Of a DNA stretch of 64,000 bases, positions 33,281 through 42,542 are shown in pieces. Source of the DNA: Macrostomum lignano (Eukaryota); contig NIVC01000608.1 in the NCBI GenBank assembly GCA_002269645.1, forward strand, positions 294,684 through 358,683, written 5' to 3'. Position numbers and translations under genes: made by a program. The notes beneath the pieces are model-generated. The model did not search any database. It saw only the letters and a program-made list of their open reading frames with translations, and was not told where the DNA came from. Position 1 is the first letter of the stretch; every line of letters starts with the position of its first letter.

Positions 33281-35605
33281 GGTTCCTAGACACTTTGTCA
33301 TCTTACCACTTTGTCATCCATTCTTATTGTTGGACACTTTGTCATCTACTCCCTGGACACTTTGTCATCCACTTTTTGTATGAAAAACTTTGCTATATTA
33401 ACATGTATTCTCATACATGCAACTATATAGCTATATAACTATATAAAGATAAAGATTAAACATTATACATGTATATGTATCTACATATAGTCGCCCTCCT
33501 CCTTTCATATTCAGGGCTTGGGACCAGACAATGGTGGAGTCACAACCCACAAAGATAGTCATTAAATACTGTAATTTATAGCTACATATAGGCACAAAGA
33601 TCAAAAAGTTCACAAAGCACAAAGAGAATAGCATAAAGACCTATACATTTAAATTATTGCAGAATTAATTCAATCTTTTCCTTCTATATCTAATATTTGT
33701 TTGTTTGTTTGTTTGTATGTCGATAACGGCTAGCAGCTTTCCCTATTGGAATAAGTTGACAAAATGTGGACAACCATCTGTTGCATTTTTGGATTCTTTT
33801 GGTGTCGCATCAGGCAACATTGGTGTCAAGTAATATGTCGCGTCGAGCGACACTGTGGAAACCTAGTGTTGTTATGCGTTGCATTGCACAATGCGACAGT
33901 GTGGCAACTTGGTGGCTGGCGTTGTCACGTATTGCGTTGCAGCCTGGATCTATAGCCAAAACTAGTTGCAAACTGTGTTTCATTGTAATATGTTCATGGT
34001 TGTTTCTTGGTATTTAAATGTTTTAAACATGTTTGATAATAACTAGTTCTTGAATTGTTCTTTTTTATTTTGACGGTATAATAACTAATACTTCAAATAT
34101 AATTTTTAGAAATGTTACCTGTTAGTTACAATGTGTGCGCTGTTTTTCTAAGTGTTGTACCTTTGTTGTTTTACTGTTTATTGTTTTTTAATTTCATTTA
34201 TTTTTCTGCAAAATTGAAAAGAATACTCTCATCCCTTGCCCCATGGTCTTGGTGTCAGGAGTAAATGGCAGAACGGGAATTGTCAATTGCAATGTGGCTG
34301 CTGTGGCATCCTCCCCCCCAGTCATTTGGTCAACAGACATCAGTGTTGTGTCGCTCGTCGCCGCCCCCTAGTCAACAAAATTTGGTGTTGCGTCGTGCTT
34401 TTGAAGGCACAATTTTGGCACCTGTGTTGCATGTCCACAGGTTTTTAAAACTTATTCCAATAGGGGTGGCTTTACCTGTGGCTGGATGGCTGGCGGCTCT
34501 ACCTGCGGCTGAATGGCTGGCGGCTCTACCTGCGGCTGAATGGCTGGCGGCTCTACCTGCTTCTGGACGGCTGGCAGCTGTACAGCTGGCGGCTCACCTT
34601 GACAGCATGTGCAACTCCATGGAAAGTTCCCTTGGCTAGACAGCTCTTGATATTTTTCTTTAGAAATTCCTATGCCACAACACAGACAATGGTGCTGCCA
34701 TTGCTGACAAATGTCACATTGAAGCACTTGATATTTTTTGCTAACTGGCTCTTGGCAAAAATGCAGATATCTGCCATTTCACTTATAAACTAGCTGTTTC
34801 TTACATGTATTTGCTTTTTATATGTGATTTCATGCACCATTTTATAATAGAATTCTGGATAGGAGTAGGCTGGCCACTTCAGTCTTGAGAGGTTAAAGTG
34901 AGCATCTTTACACCTGTACCTTTCTTGGATCCACCACTGTGGTTAGTTGGTTGGAGAATTGGCACATTGCACTTATAGACATAAATGCATGTATGGCTTA
35001 GTACATTTAGGGGGTGAAAACACTCTAGCTTAGACTGTATGCATATAAAGGGTTGGTTAAGTCCCTGCAGGTAGAGCAAGGAGAAATCCATTATGTAACA
35101 TCACTTTAGCTCAGATTGTATGGGGTTGTGATTCAAGGGTTGGTTAATTCCCTGCAGGTGGAGCAAGGAAAAATCCATGGCCACATACTTTGTTGCCTCC
35201 CCTGGGTTATAGAAGTGATAATGCCAATTTTAGGTTTTAGCAAGGAAGCAAAAATAATTATTAGAGCTTGGCAAGTTTGAACATAGAATAAAATTACAAT
35301 GAGCACTAGGCCCTAGTTTAGTATCTACATGTACATTGTACATACTTGTACATTAAAATGTGCGTATGCAAACTACATATACATTGTGTACATTGAATGC
35401 CAATTATAGTGACAAGTTGAATCTCTAAGTGTGTATTTAATCTTATATTTTACAGACTAAATTAATTGAGTAACAATTTATAATAATAACAATCGAATAA
35501 TAATTTACAGCCTTGCTAAATCTTGGGATGATGAAATGTCCTCAAAATTTGGTCATTTTGTCATTGAGATGACAAAGTGATTAGATGATGAAGTATCCAG
35601 GAGCC
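33281..35605. mobile_element. 2325-bp non-autonomous DNA transposon with GG-ended imperfect ~38-bp TIRs and 8-bp TSD GATTCAGT; carries a PHD-finger pseudogene
   Basis: TSD at 33273-33280 and 35606-35613. Left GGTTCCTAGACACTTTGTCATCT vs right (rc) GGCTCCTGGATACTTCATCATCT; repeated CACTTTGTCATC subterminal motifs. Confidence 0.8.
34452..34777 (-). pseudogene. PHD-finger ORF with one frameshift, followed by 27-bp x3 (QVEPPAIQP) repeat
   Basis: Adding one T to the T5 run gives MADICIFCQEPVSKKYQVLQCDICQQWQHHCLCCGIGISKEKYQELSSQGNFPWSCTCC, a C4HC3 pattern with the W-x-C-x2-C end. Confidence 0.6.
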
Positions 35606-36898
35606 GATTCAGTTTTCAATAGATGTAGGGAATAAATTGGCACAAATATGAAAAAAGATTAAAGTTTTATTATGGGTAGGCCTATTTAGTTTCAAATCTA
35701 TTATTATTGCATCAATATTTATAAATATGATTGATTAGGCCTAAACATGATAATTAAATACAACCATAGTTATTAGTATTATTAATTTGCTAATTCATGG
35801 TTCAAAGAAATTGAAATTGATAGGCCTATAATAGAGATTCAATGTTTTGGCCATCTTGGTCTTAAGTTACACCCTTTCAAGTTTCAACCCACAAACTTTT
35901 TAACTTCAACTAGCCTTAGGAAATATGCCATAATAAAAATCTTAGTATTTCTGTTGAATTTGAAAATTCAAATTCAAACTTAAAATTCAAATTCAAACTT
36001 AAAATTCAAACTTCAAACTTAAATTCTAATTCAAGTTTAAAATGCAAACCTGCAACACTGGTGCAACACCTGGTCTTGGACCTGGTTCTGTCATCAACAC
36101 CTAAACCTGGCCATTGAAAGAAGCAGCAGCAGCCACCCAATGCGAAACCTAATGCAATGGAGTGCTAACTTGCTCTTTCTCTAAAACATCTTGCACTTTG
36201 TTCAAGAAGCGATAAATGAGAATGATCAGGCGCAGAGGCCACAACTTGGCTCTTTCGGTCCATGAATCTTGAGCAACGTGATGACTGATGAGCAAGAGAA
36301 AGAAGCAGGTAGCAAGTCCAAGTACGAAGAATACTTGAACGCCATCTTTGGGCAGTCTGTGACAGTTCGCAAAGACCTGGAGTGCCGAGACCAAAGCCAA
36401 GGCAAGGCCAAGGGGACTTATTTAGGCCCTAATGTAAAATTTGGCAATAGTGCACAAATATAACCTATACCAAATCTCAATTTACTTATCACATACCCTT
36501 TGTTCTAAAGTTTGGCATAGGCCGCATAGCATACGTTACATCAGATGTCATTCAGCGACTTGAAAAGATGAAAAATTGTGTTAAGAAGCATAATTTAAAA
36601 TTAAATAACACACGAAATTGAACATTATATGTGCAATGAGTATAACAATGCAAATACCATAGGGCTTTTAAAAAGATGCTCTAAGGTCAAAATAAGACAG
36701 AAGGAAATAATTTAAGAAGTTGTTTACATTTAATTTCTGAACTAAAATATTTTGAGGGTTTTGCTTAAAGATTGAACTCTACCGGGTTGACTTACTTTGA
36801 CTTAGCTGCAGGGTGGTCCGTAGACACAGCGGGGAGGCGAGGGTCGCCCATTCCGCTAGCCCCTGAAGGCCCGCAGACAGGCAGAGGCGTGGGGCCGG

Positions 36899-39800
36899 TC
36901 AGGGTGGTCCGCCGGTCCGTCCTGCAGCGTGATCTTCCGTTGGGAAGAAACTGGCTCGTCTAGTCGCCCGAAGGAACTGGATGAGCCGTGGGATGCTGTC
37001 GGGCTGGCAGACCTCGTCAATGGACGGGTTCGGCCCGAGGTAGCGTAGCCGGTCTCTGTTAAAGAAAGGGCAGTGACAGACAAAGTGCTGAGCATCTTCA
37101 TTGTCGCACTCGCAAAAGGGGCAAATTTCGCTCTCGAGGTCGCCTCGGAGGAAGCAGTGCCTGGCGAGGTAGCCATGGCCGGTAAGGGTCATGACAAGGG
37201 CTCGAATATCCTTCCGATTCTGGTTCAGAAGGATGTTTCTGAGCCTGTGAGACGGGCAAGGAACCGCGGCACGAGATTGCCGGCAGTTTTGGGTGCCCGC
37301 CCATCTGTCCCTGTGGAGGGAGTCAGCCCAGTCGTCGATCTGACGATTGATGACTGTCAAGGGCATAGGGACCAGGGGGGCAGGGCCGAAGAAAGAGCCA
37401 GAGCCGCCCCTATTGGCGAGGGTGTCTGCCAGCTCGTTCCCCGGAAACCCTGCGTGCCCTGGGATCCACTTCAGCCTGACAGTATTGCTTCTGGCCAGGA
37501 GGTTGAGCTGCCGGGCGCAGTCGGCGACTGTCCGGGAGATCGTTGTGGTGTGGCAAAGGGCCTGTAAGGCCGCTTGGCTGTCAGAGTGGATGACAATAGT
37601 CTTTCCTCTCGTAACCTTGGCGTTCAGCTCTGCAGCGCAAGAGCTGATGGCAAGGACTTCGTTCTGGAAGACTGTGGAGAGTCTACCAGTGTGCTGGGCA
37701 TGCGTGGCAATTACGCGGCCGTTGATGATGATGCAGACCCCAAAGCCGGCGCGACCGTCTTTGATGGATCCGTCCGTGTAGCAATGGACCTCCTGGAAAT
37801 TCCAGTGGTCATTGGCAGCATCCCTAGAGGGGATGGTGACCTTGTAGCGCTGAAAGAGGTTGAGAGTGCGGGGTTCGCCGTCAGATAGGACGTGGAGCCC
37901 GCCGCTGTCTCTCAAGTCCTTGAGGCAGAGGTCAGCGTGGGGCAGAAGCTTGCGCTTAGCCATGGCCCTATGGGGCTGGATTCGAATGCCAGCGTCAGCT
38001 AGACGGCGGGCAGTCTTAGCCGCTTCCCTGCGGACAAAGATGTCCAGCGGAGGAATGTTGAGGAAGGCGTTGAGGCCATCGAAGGGAGCAGACGGAGGGG
38101 CGCTCATGATCGTGCGACAAGCGCGCCCTTGCGCTCTCCTGAGAGCCTCTAGACAGGTCTTTATCTGCAGGGCGCTAGCCCAGATCAGGCCGCCATACGA
38201 GATAGCGGGCCTAACCATTGCAGTGTAGATCCACCAGAGGCGCTTGGGGGTGAGCCCCCAGGTGGTGCCGACAGCCCTGCGCAATTGCGCGAGGACTGCG
38301 AAGGCCTTTTTGGCTTTTGTTTGAACGTGGGGTGACCAGTTCAGCCTGTGGTCCAGGGTAATACCCAGACATTTAGTCTGCTTGCAGAAGGGGATTTCCC
38401 TTCCGTAAAGCGTGAGCGGCCGAATCTGCCACTTGGTCCTGCTGGTGAACATGATCGCTGCGGTCTTAGTCTCAGAGAGCCTTAAACCACAGCGGTCCGC
38501 CCATTGCTCAGCAGCGTAGATGAAGTTCTGAAGAAGGTCCCTGAGGGTATCAGGGGACGGACCAGATGCCACCGCGGTGACATCGTCCGCATATCCAACT
38601 TTCAGAATGGGGTCAGGCCGAACAACCCGGAGGAGCTCATCGATGACCATATTCCAGAGAACTGGAGACAGCACCCCACCTTGCGGGCTACCTTTGCAGA
38701 CGGGGACCGTCCTCTGGTAGCCCAGCAGACTGGCGGTGGCCGTGCGATGGCTGATCATGTACATGATCCATCTGGTGAGATGTGAGTGCGTTTGCCTCTC
38801 ACAAAGAGCTCTTCGGAACGCCTCAAAGAGGACGTTATCGAAGGCGCCAATGATGTCCAGGAAGATCCCCAGAGCAAAGCCACTACCAAGCACGGCCTTC
38901 TCGAGTTTATCGACCAGGACGTGCAGCGCGCTTTCAGTGGAGCGACCCGCCCGAAAAGCGTGCTGGTTCTCGCTGAGAGGTTTGTTCTTCAGCTCAACAG
39001 AGAGAAGGCGCCAAAGCACCAGTCTCTCCATCAGCTTGACCAGGGAGGAGGTCAAGCTGATCGGTCTGAAGGATTTGATAGAATGGTAGTCCGAGCGGCC
39101 TGGCTTAGGGATAAAGATCACCTTTGCCTCGGTCCAAGCCTGTGGGACATAACCAAGCGTGATGCATGCCCGAAGAAGGCTGCAAAGTTTGCGCAGGAAG
39201 CCTGGGCATTTAACCGCCTCTCTTAGAAGGGCCGGTACAATGCCGTCGGGTCCTGGGGCTTTGAAAGGCTTGAAGGAATTTGCCGCTCTCACAATGCGGT
39301 CCTCCGTGATGATAGAGGCAGCCAGCGCGTGACCTCCCTCCGAGTGATCCGGAGTGGTCTGGTTAGCTGGCTCGTTGGGGAAAAACGCAGTGAGCATTAC
39401 ATCAAGCGTTTCCCCTGGGTTGTCCGTGGACGTACCGTCGGTGCGTTTGACCGAGGAGAGCTTAGACATTTTGTCCAGCGTGAGCGCTTTCACAACTCTG
39501 GAGGTGGGGCGTGAGCCCTCTAGCTCCTCACAGTATTGTCGCCATTTTTGAGCCTTTGCATTCCTAACCTTCCTTTTAAACTCATGAATTGCTTCATGAT
39601 AGGCGGTTTGGTCTGCAGGGCTCTTAGTTTTAGTTGCTCTGCGGTGGAGTCTCTTAGCCCTGCGACGGAGGTTGCCGAGCTCGGGATTCCACCACGGCGC
39701 TGATTTTTTCCCTTTATAGGCTTTTAAAGGGCAGGACGCCTCAAAGGCGGCGGTTAGCGTCTCTGTCAAAACAGTCGCGCACTCATCCGCCTCTCGGCAC

Positions 39801-40603
39801 GACGTGATCGTGGATGGTTGGCCAGGAGACCGATGGAATTCCTTCAGGGCGAGCCCGAAGGTTTCCCAATCCGTATTTCTGGCGTTCCGTCTCCACGTAA
39901 CACGAGTTGCGCTACGCGCGGCCATTAGGTTGAAGGAGATGAACTTGTGATCCGAGAGTGAGGACACTGGAAGCACCCGCCACGCTCCAATACTCTGGTA
40001 GAGTCTGGGCGTTGCGAGCGTAGCGTCGATCACCTCCGACCACCGTCCGTTGTCAAAGGTAGGGGTGGACCCAGAGTTGCAGAACTCGAGGGTCGTAGAG
40101 GCAACGTAGGCTAGGAGGTCTTCGCCTCTCTGATTAATGCCAGTGCTGCCCCAGTGAGTGTGGTGGGCGTTGATGTCGCCGGCAACCATGAGCTCGTAGT
40201 TTTTGGCAGAGCAGAGCTCTACCAGCGTAGCGAGGGCTCTGGGGACGACCGCAGCATCGCCTGGTAGGTAAACCGAGGCAATGAGGGTGGTCTTCCCAGG
40301 AAGAAGGTCCTCGGATTGGATGACGCAGATGTCCCTGTTGGACAGGTCCGATCTGAGCCACGCACTGAGCGTTTTGCTCGCAAAGATGCAAGCTCTGGGA
40401 GGCTGGTTGGCCTCGCGAGGGTAAGTATAAAAACAATTGTAGCCAGCAGGGGCGTTTTGAGGCTTACCTCTGAGAGTCCAGGGTTCCTGGACGAGGATGA
40501 GCCCCGGCTTGTCGAGCTCGGCGTAACGCATAAGGTTGACCGAGGCTGCGACGCAGTGCTGCAGATTAATCTGCAGGCAATGGATTCCTTGGTTGCTGAT
40601 CAT
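36899..40603 (-). CDS. LINE ORF2 (1234 aa from ATG 40603): AP endonuclease, reverse transcriptase, RNase H, CCHC knuckle; uninterrupted
   Basis: APE: QINLQH, LVQEPW, GDINAHH, IDATL, SDH. RT: KAPGPDG, FRPISL, QHAFRAGRST, PQGGVLSP, YADD. RNH: YTDGS, SDSQAAL, WIPGH, GNELAD. Knuckle: CPFC...H..CHC. Confidence 0.97.
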   Translation of the reverse strand: MISNQGIHCLQINLQHCVAASVNLMRYAELDKPGLILVQEPWTLRGKPQNAPAGYNCFYTYPREANQPPRACIFASKTLSAWLRSDLSNRDICVIQSEDLLPGKTTLIASVYLPGDAAVVPRALATLVELCSAKNYELMVAGDINAHHTHWGSTGINQRGEDLLAYVASTTLEFCNSGSTPTFDNGRWSEVIDATLATPRLYQSIGAWRVLPVSSLSDHKFISFNLMAARSATRVTWRRNARNTDWETFGLALKEFHRSPGQPSTITSCREADECATVLTETLTAAFEASCPLKAYKGKKSAPWWNPELGNLRRRAKRLHRRATKTKSPADQTAYHEAIHEFKRKVRNAKAQKWRQYCEELEGSRPTSRVVKALTLDKMSKLSSVKRTDGTSTDNPGETLDVMLTAFFPNEPANQTTPDHSEGGHALAASIITEDRIVRAANSFKPFKAPGPDGIVPALLREAVKCPGFLRKLCSLLRACITLGYVPQAWTEAKVIFIPKPGRSDYHSIKSFRPISLTSSLVKLMERLVLWRLLSVELKNKPLSENQHAFRAGRSTESALHVLVDKLEKAVLGSGFALGIFLDIIGAFDNVLFEAFRRALCERQTHSHLTRWIMYMISHRTATASLLGYQRTVPVCKGSPQGGVLSPVLWNMVIDELLRVVRPDPILKVGYADDVTAVASGPSPDTLRDLLQNFIYAAEQWADRCGLRLSETKTAAIMFTSRTKWQIRPLTLYGREIPFCKQTKCLGITLDHRLNWSPHVQTKAKKAFAVLAQLRRAVGTTWGLTPKRLWWIYTAMVRPAISYGGLIWASALQIKTCLEALRRAQGRACRTIMSAPPSAPFDGLNAFLNIPPLDIFVRREAAKTARRLADAGIRIQPHRAMAKRKLLPHADLCLKDLRDSGGLHVLSDGEPRTLNLFQRYKVTIPSRDAANDHWNFQEVHCYTDGSIKDGRAGFGVCIIINGRVIATHAQHTGRLSTVFQNEVLAISSCAAELNAKVTRGKTIVIHSDSQAALQALCHTTTISRTVADCARQLNLLARSNTVRLKWIPGHAGFPGNELADTLANRGGSGSFFGPAPLVPMPLTVINRQIDDWADSLHRDRWAGTQNCRQSRAAVPCPSHRLRNILLNQNRKDIRALVMTLTGHGYLARHCFLRGDLESEICPFCECDNEDAQHFVCHCPFFNRDRLRYLGPNPSIDEVCQPDSIPRLIQFLRATRRASFFPTEDHAAGRTGGPP

Positions 40604-40605
40604 TA

Positions 40606-41949
40606 TCACGCAGTTGGGGAATCGTTGAGCAGGTCATCCTCCTCCTTTTCAGTGGTGGGTGACCCGCAGACCTCCATGGGAGTTTCAGCGTCCTCAGCAG
40701 TTAGGGTGGCTGTGGAGTCCTCCGCGGACGTGAGCCCAGCGTGGACGTTACCGTCGCCTCCCCTGCGTGCTTCGGTGCTGTCACTGCCCGTCCCCTCTGC
40801 CTCGTCGGTCAGGTCGATGCGGGTGGCGCCAGCCTCCTGGTGAGTCACAGACTCGAACCAGTCGGTCGGAGCCTCCCCGCTTAGAGTCTGGCCTTCTGGC
40901 TGTTGGGGTGGAGCGCGAGAAGCGCGGGCCCGCTCACGATGCGCACGAAGGTTCTTGGCCTGGTCCAGCGCGCGCTGGATCAGGCCGGACCTCCGGGTGC
41001 TCCTGGCGGGTCTGCGATTGCGATTTCCGGTTTCAGCAGCGCGAACTGCCTTACCGGGCATAGGATCGGCCGTTTGCCTCGGCTTCTTTGCCGGAGGAGC
41101 CTGGGCCCCAGTTCCGGTTTCGGAAGCTTTGGCATTCTTGGCTTCATCAGCTTTCCGCTCCTCGCAACGGAGGATGGTCAGCTGAGTCAGACCAATATGA
41201 ATTGTGGACTTAGGCGGCAAGCGCTTAGCCCAGTCATCAGAGAGCCCTAGGATCACCGTAGCCCCCTTCTCCTTGCGGGAAGTGGCGTGGTGTAGGAGCC
41301 CGTTGACCTCAAGGTCGGGGTGCAGCTTTAGCAATATTTGCCTAAGCTGATCTCCGGACTTAATGGCACTGCCGGCCGGGATCCAGACGCGAAAGCGCTG
41401 GGTCTTCTGTCGTTCGCCTTCGCTGGCGAAGACGAGCTTGCCGAGCTTCTTGGGCCAGTTCAGCTTTGGCAGAAGCTCGCGTAGATTGCGGCTGCTCTCC
41501 TCCGAGCTGCACCAGATGAAGATGCAGCCGTCGGTCTTGGCAGACTTGACCACGCTCACAGGGCGGCCCGCCAGGAGCTGGTCGATGAGCGCAGCATCGA
41601 TGGTGCGCCAGGCACTGTCGAGCTCGTCGGCCGTGAGGTCCTGCTCTTCCCCGAAGACGATGACCGCCGGTTGGAGCTTGACCTTTGAGGCGTAGTTGGT
41701 GGCGGCGGTTCCCGAAGGCCCGGCCGCGCTTGTAGCAGATATACTGGGTGGCTCACCAGCGGGGGTTGTATCCTGGGGGGCAGGGGTTGCTGTGGTTCCT
41801 TTCGGCCCAACAGCAGCCTCGCCCTCCCTAGGTTCCCCCTCCGCCGGTGGCCGGCCCGCAGTACCCCGTAGTCGCCGTCGCCGCTCGTTGCGGCGTTCGT
41901 TGCGGGTGCGTCGGGCTTCAGCGGAGGGCCCGGTTGCGCGTGCGGGCAT
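40606..41949 (-). CDS. LINE ORF1 (447 aa; possibly starts at 42071 across a 1-nt frameshift), DUF4780-like core
   Basis: Position immediately 5' of ORF2 inside the TSD-bounded element. Core FRVWIP...LKLHPDL...IHIGLTQLTI resembles LOA-clade ORF1s (by eye). Basic disordered termini. Confidence 0.8.
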   Translation of the reverse strand: MPARATGPSAEARRTRNERRNERRRRLRGTAGRPPAEGEPREGEAAVGPKGTTATPAPQDTTPAGEPPSISATSAAGPSGTAATNYASKVKLQPAVIVFGEEQDLTADELDSAWRTIDAALIDQLLAGRPVSVVKSAKTDGCIFIWCSSEESSRNLRELLPKLNWPKKLGKLVFASEGERQKTQRFRVWIPAGSAIKSGDQLRQILLKLHPDLEVNGLLHHATSRKEKGATVILGLSDDWAKRLPPKSTIHIGLTQLTILRCEERKADEAKNAKASETGTGAQAPPAKKPRQTADPMPGKAVRAAETGNRNRRPARSTRRSGLIQRALDQAKNLRAHRERARASRAPPQQPEGQTLSGEAPTDWFESVTHQEAGATRIDLTDEAEGTGSDSTEARRGGDGNVHAGLTSAEDSTATLTAEDAETPMEVCGSPTTEKEEDDLLNDSPTA

Positions 41950-42073
41950 GTCACCGGCCGAGCCGGCGGCAAGCCCATCTGCCCCGGTGGGGCGGCGCTG
42001 GTGCCAGAGTCACCGGCCGGAGTTGCCGGGGCCCCGGCTTCAGCGGGGTTGAAAGAGGCGGATGACGCCATAG

Positions 42074-42133
42074 CTGAAAGCGGGAAGGAGTGAGCTGAGT
42101 CACAAAAAAAGAGGAAAGAAGAAAAAGAAAAGG
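42074..42133 (-). promoter_or_regulatory. 3' splice-acceptor-like signal (30-nt pure pyrimidine run + TTTCAG) 2 nt upstream of ATG 42071
   Basis: Minus strand CCTTTTCTTTTTCTTCTTTCCTCTTTTTTT-GTGACTCAGCTCACTCCTTCCCGCTTTCAG|CTATG. Confidence 0.6.
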
Positions 42134-42291
42134 ACCGCTAGCGACCGGACAACCCCCCGGCCTTCCAGCCCATCGGCACGGTCAAACACCTTAGGCATTA
42201 GGGGGTACGTTAAGCAGTACCACGGCCTGCAGGCTGGCAGGCCAGACCCGCATACCCAAATTTGGCCGAAGCCACTGGATGGGTCGCCAGC

Positions 42292-42542
42292 GTCGGAGCC
42301 CAGTCTGTCCAGCAGCCCTAGGGTCTGCCTTGAACACACGCGGGGACGAGTACCCTGGGTCGACTTGTGAAACAGCGTGAGGGGGGGGGTCTGCGGCTGC
42401 CAGCGGCAAATAGCGGGTGCAGACCTCCCTCTCCAGCCTTGACCTGCTGAAGATAGGGGCAGGCGTGAAGCATCGCAGACCGTAGCCCATAGGCCTGGTC
42501 TGTCTCATACTTCACTGGCGTGCTGAATACACCTTCGCGTGC
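42292..42542 (-). ncRNA. HDV-like (nested double pseudoknot) self-cleaving ribozyme forming the LINE 5' end
   Basis: P1 GCACGCG/CGCGUGU with G1.U wobble; P3 GGG/CCC; L3 UACUCGU; P1.1 AC/GU; P4 hairpin; J4/2 CAGAC with catalytic C at 42307; P2 GUCG-A-CCCA/UGGG-CUC-CGAC. G1 coincides with the TSD-defined element boundary. Confidence 0.8.

Larger units (their letters stand above)
36788..42542 (-). mobile_element. Full-length (5755 bp) non-LTR retrotransposon, APE-RT-RNaseH type, LOA-like
   Basis: 9-bp TSD CTACCGGGT at 36779-36787 and 42543-42551. Two ORFs, short AAGTC/TAAGTC-type 3' tail, about 470-nt structured 5' UTR. Confidence 0.95.

Noticed and set aside
37073-42065. Plus-strand ORFs antisense to LINE ORF1/ORF2
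   Set aside because: Expected shadow ORFs of GC-rich coding DNA; no motifs.
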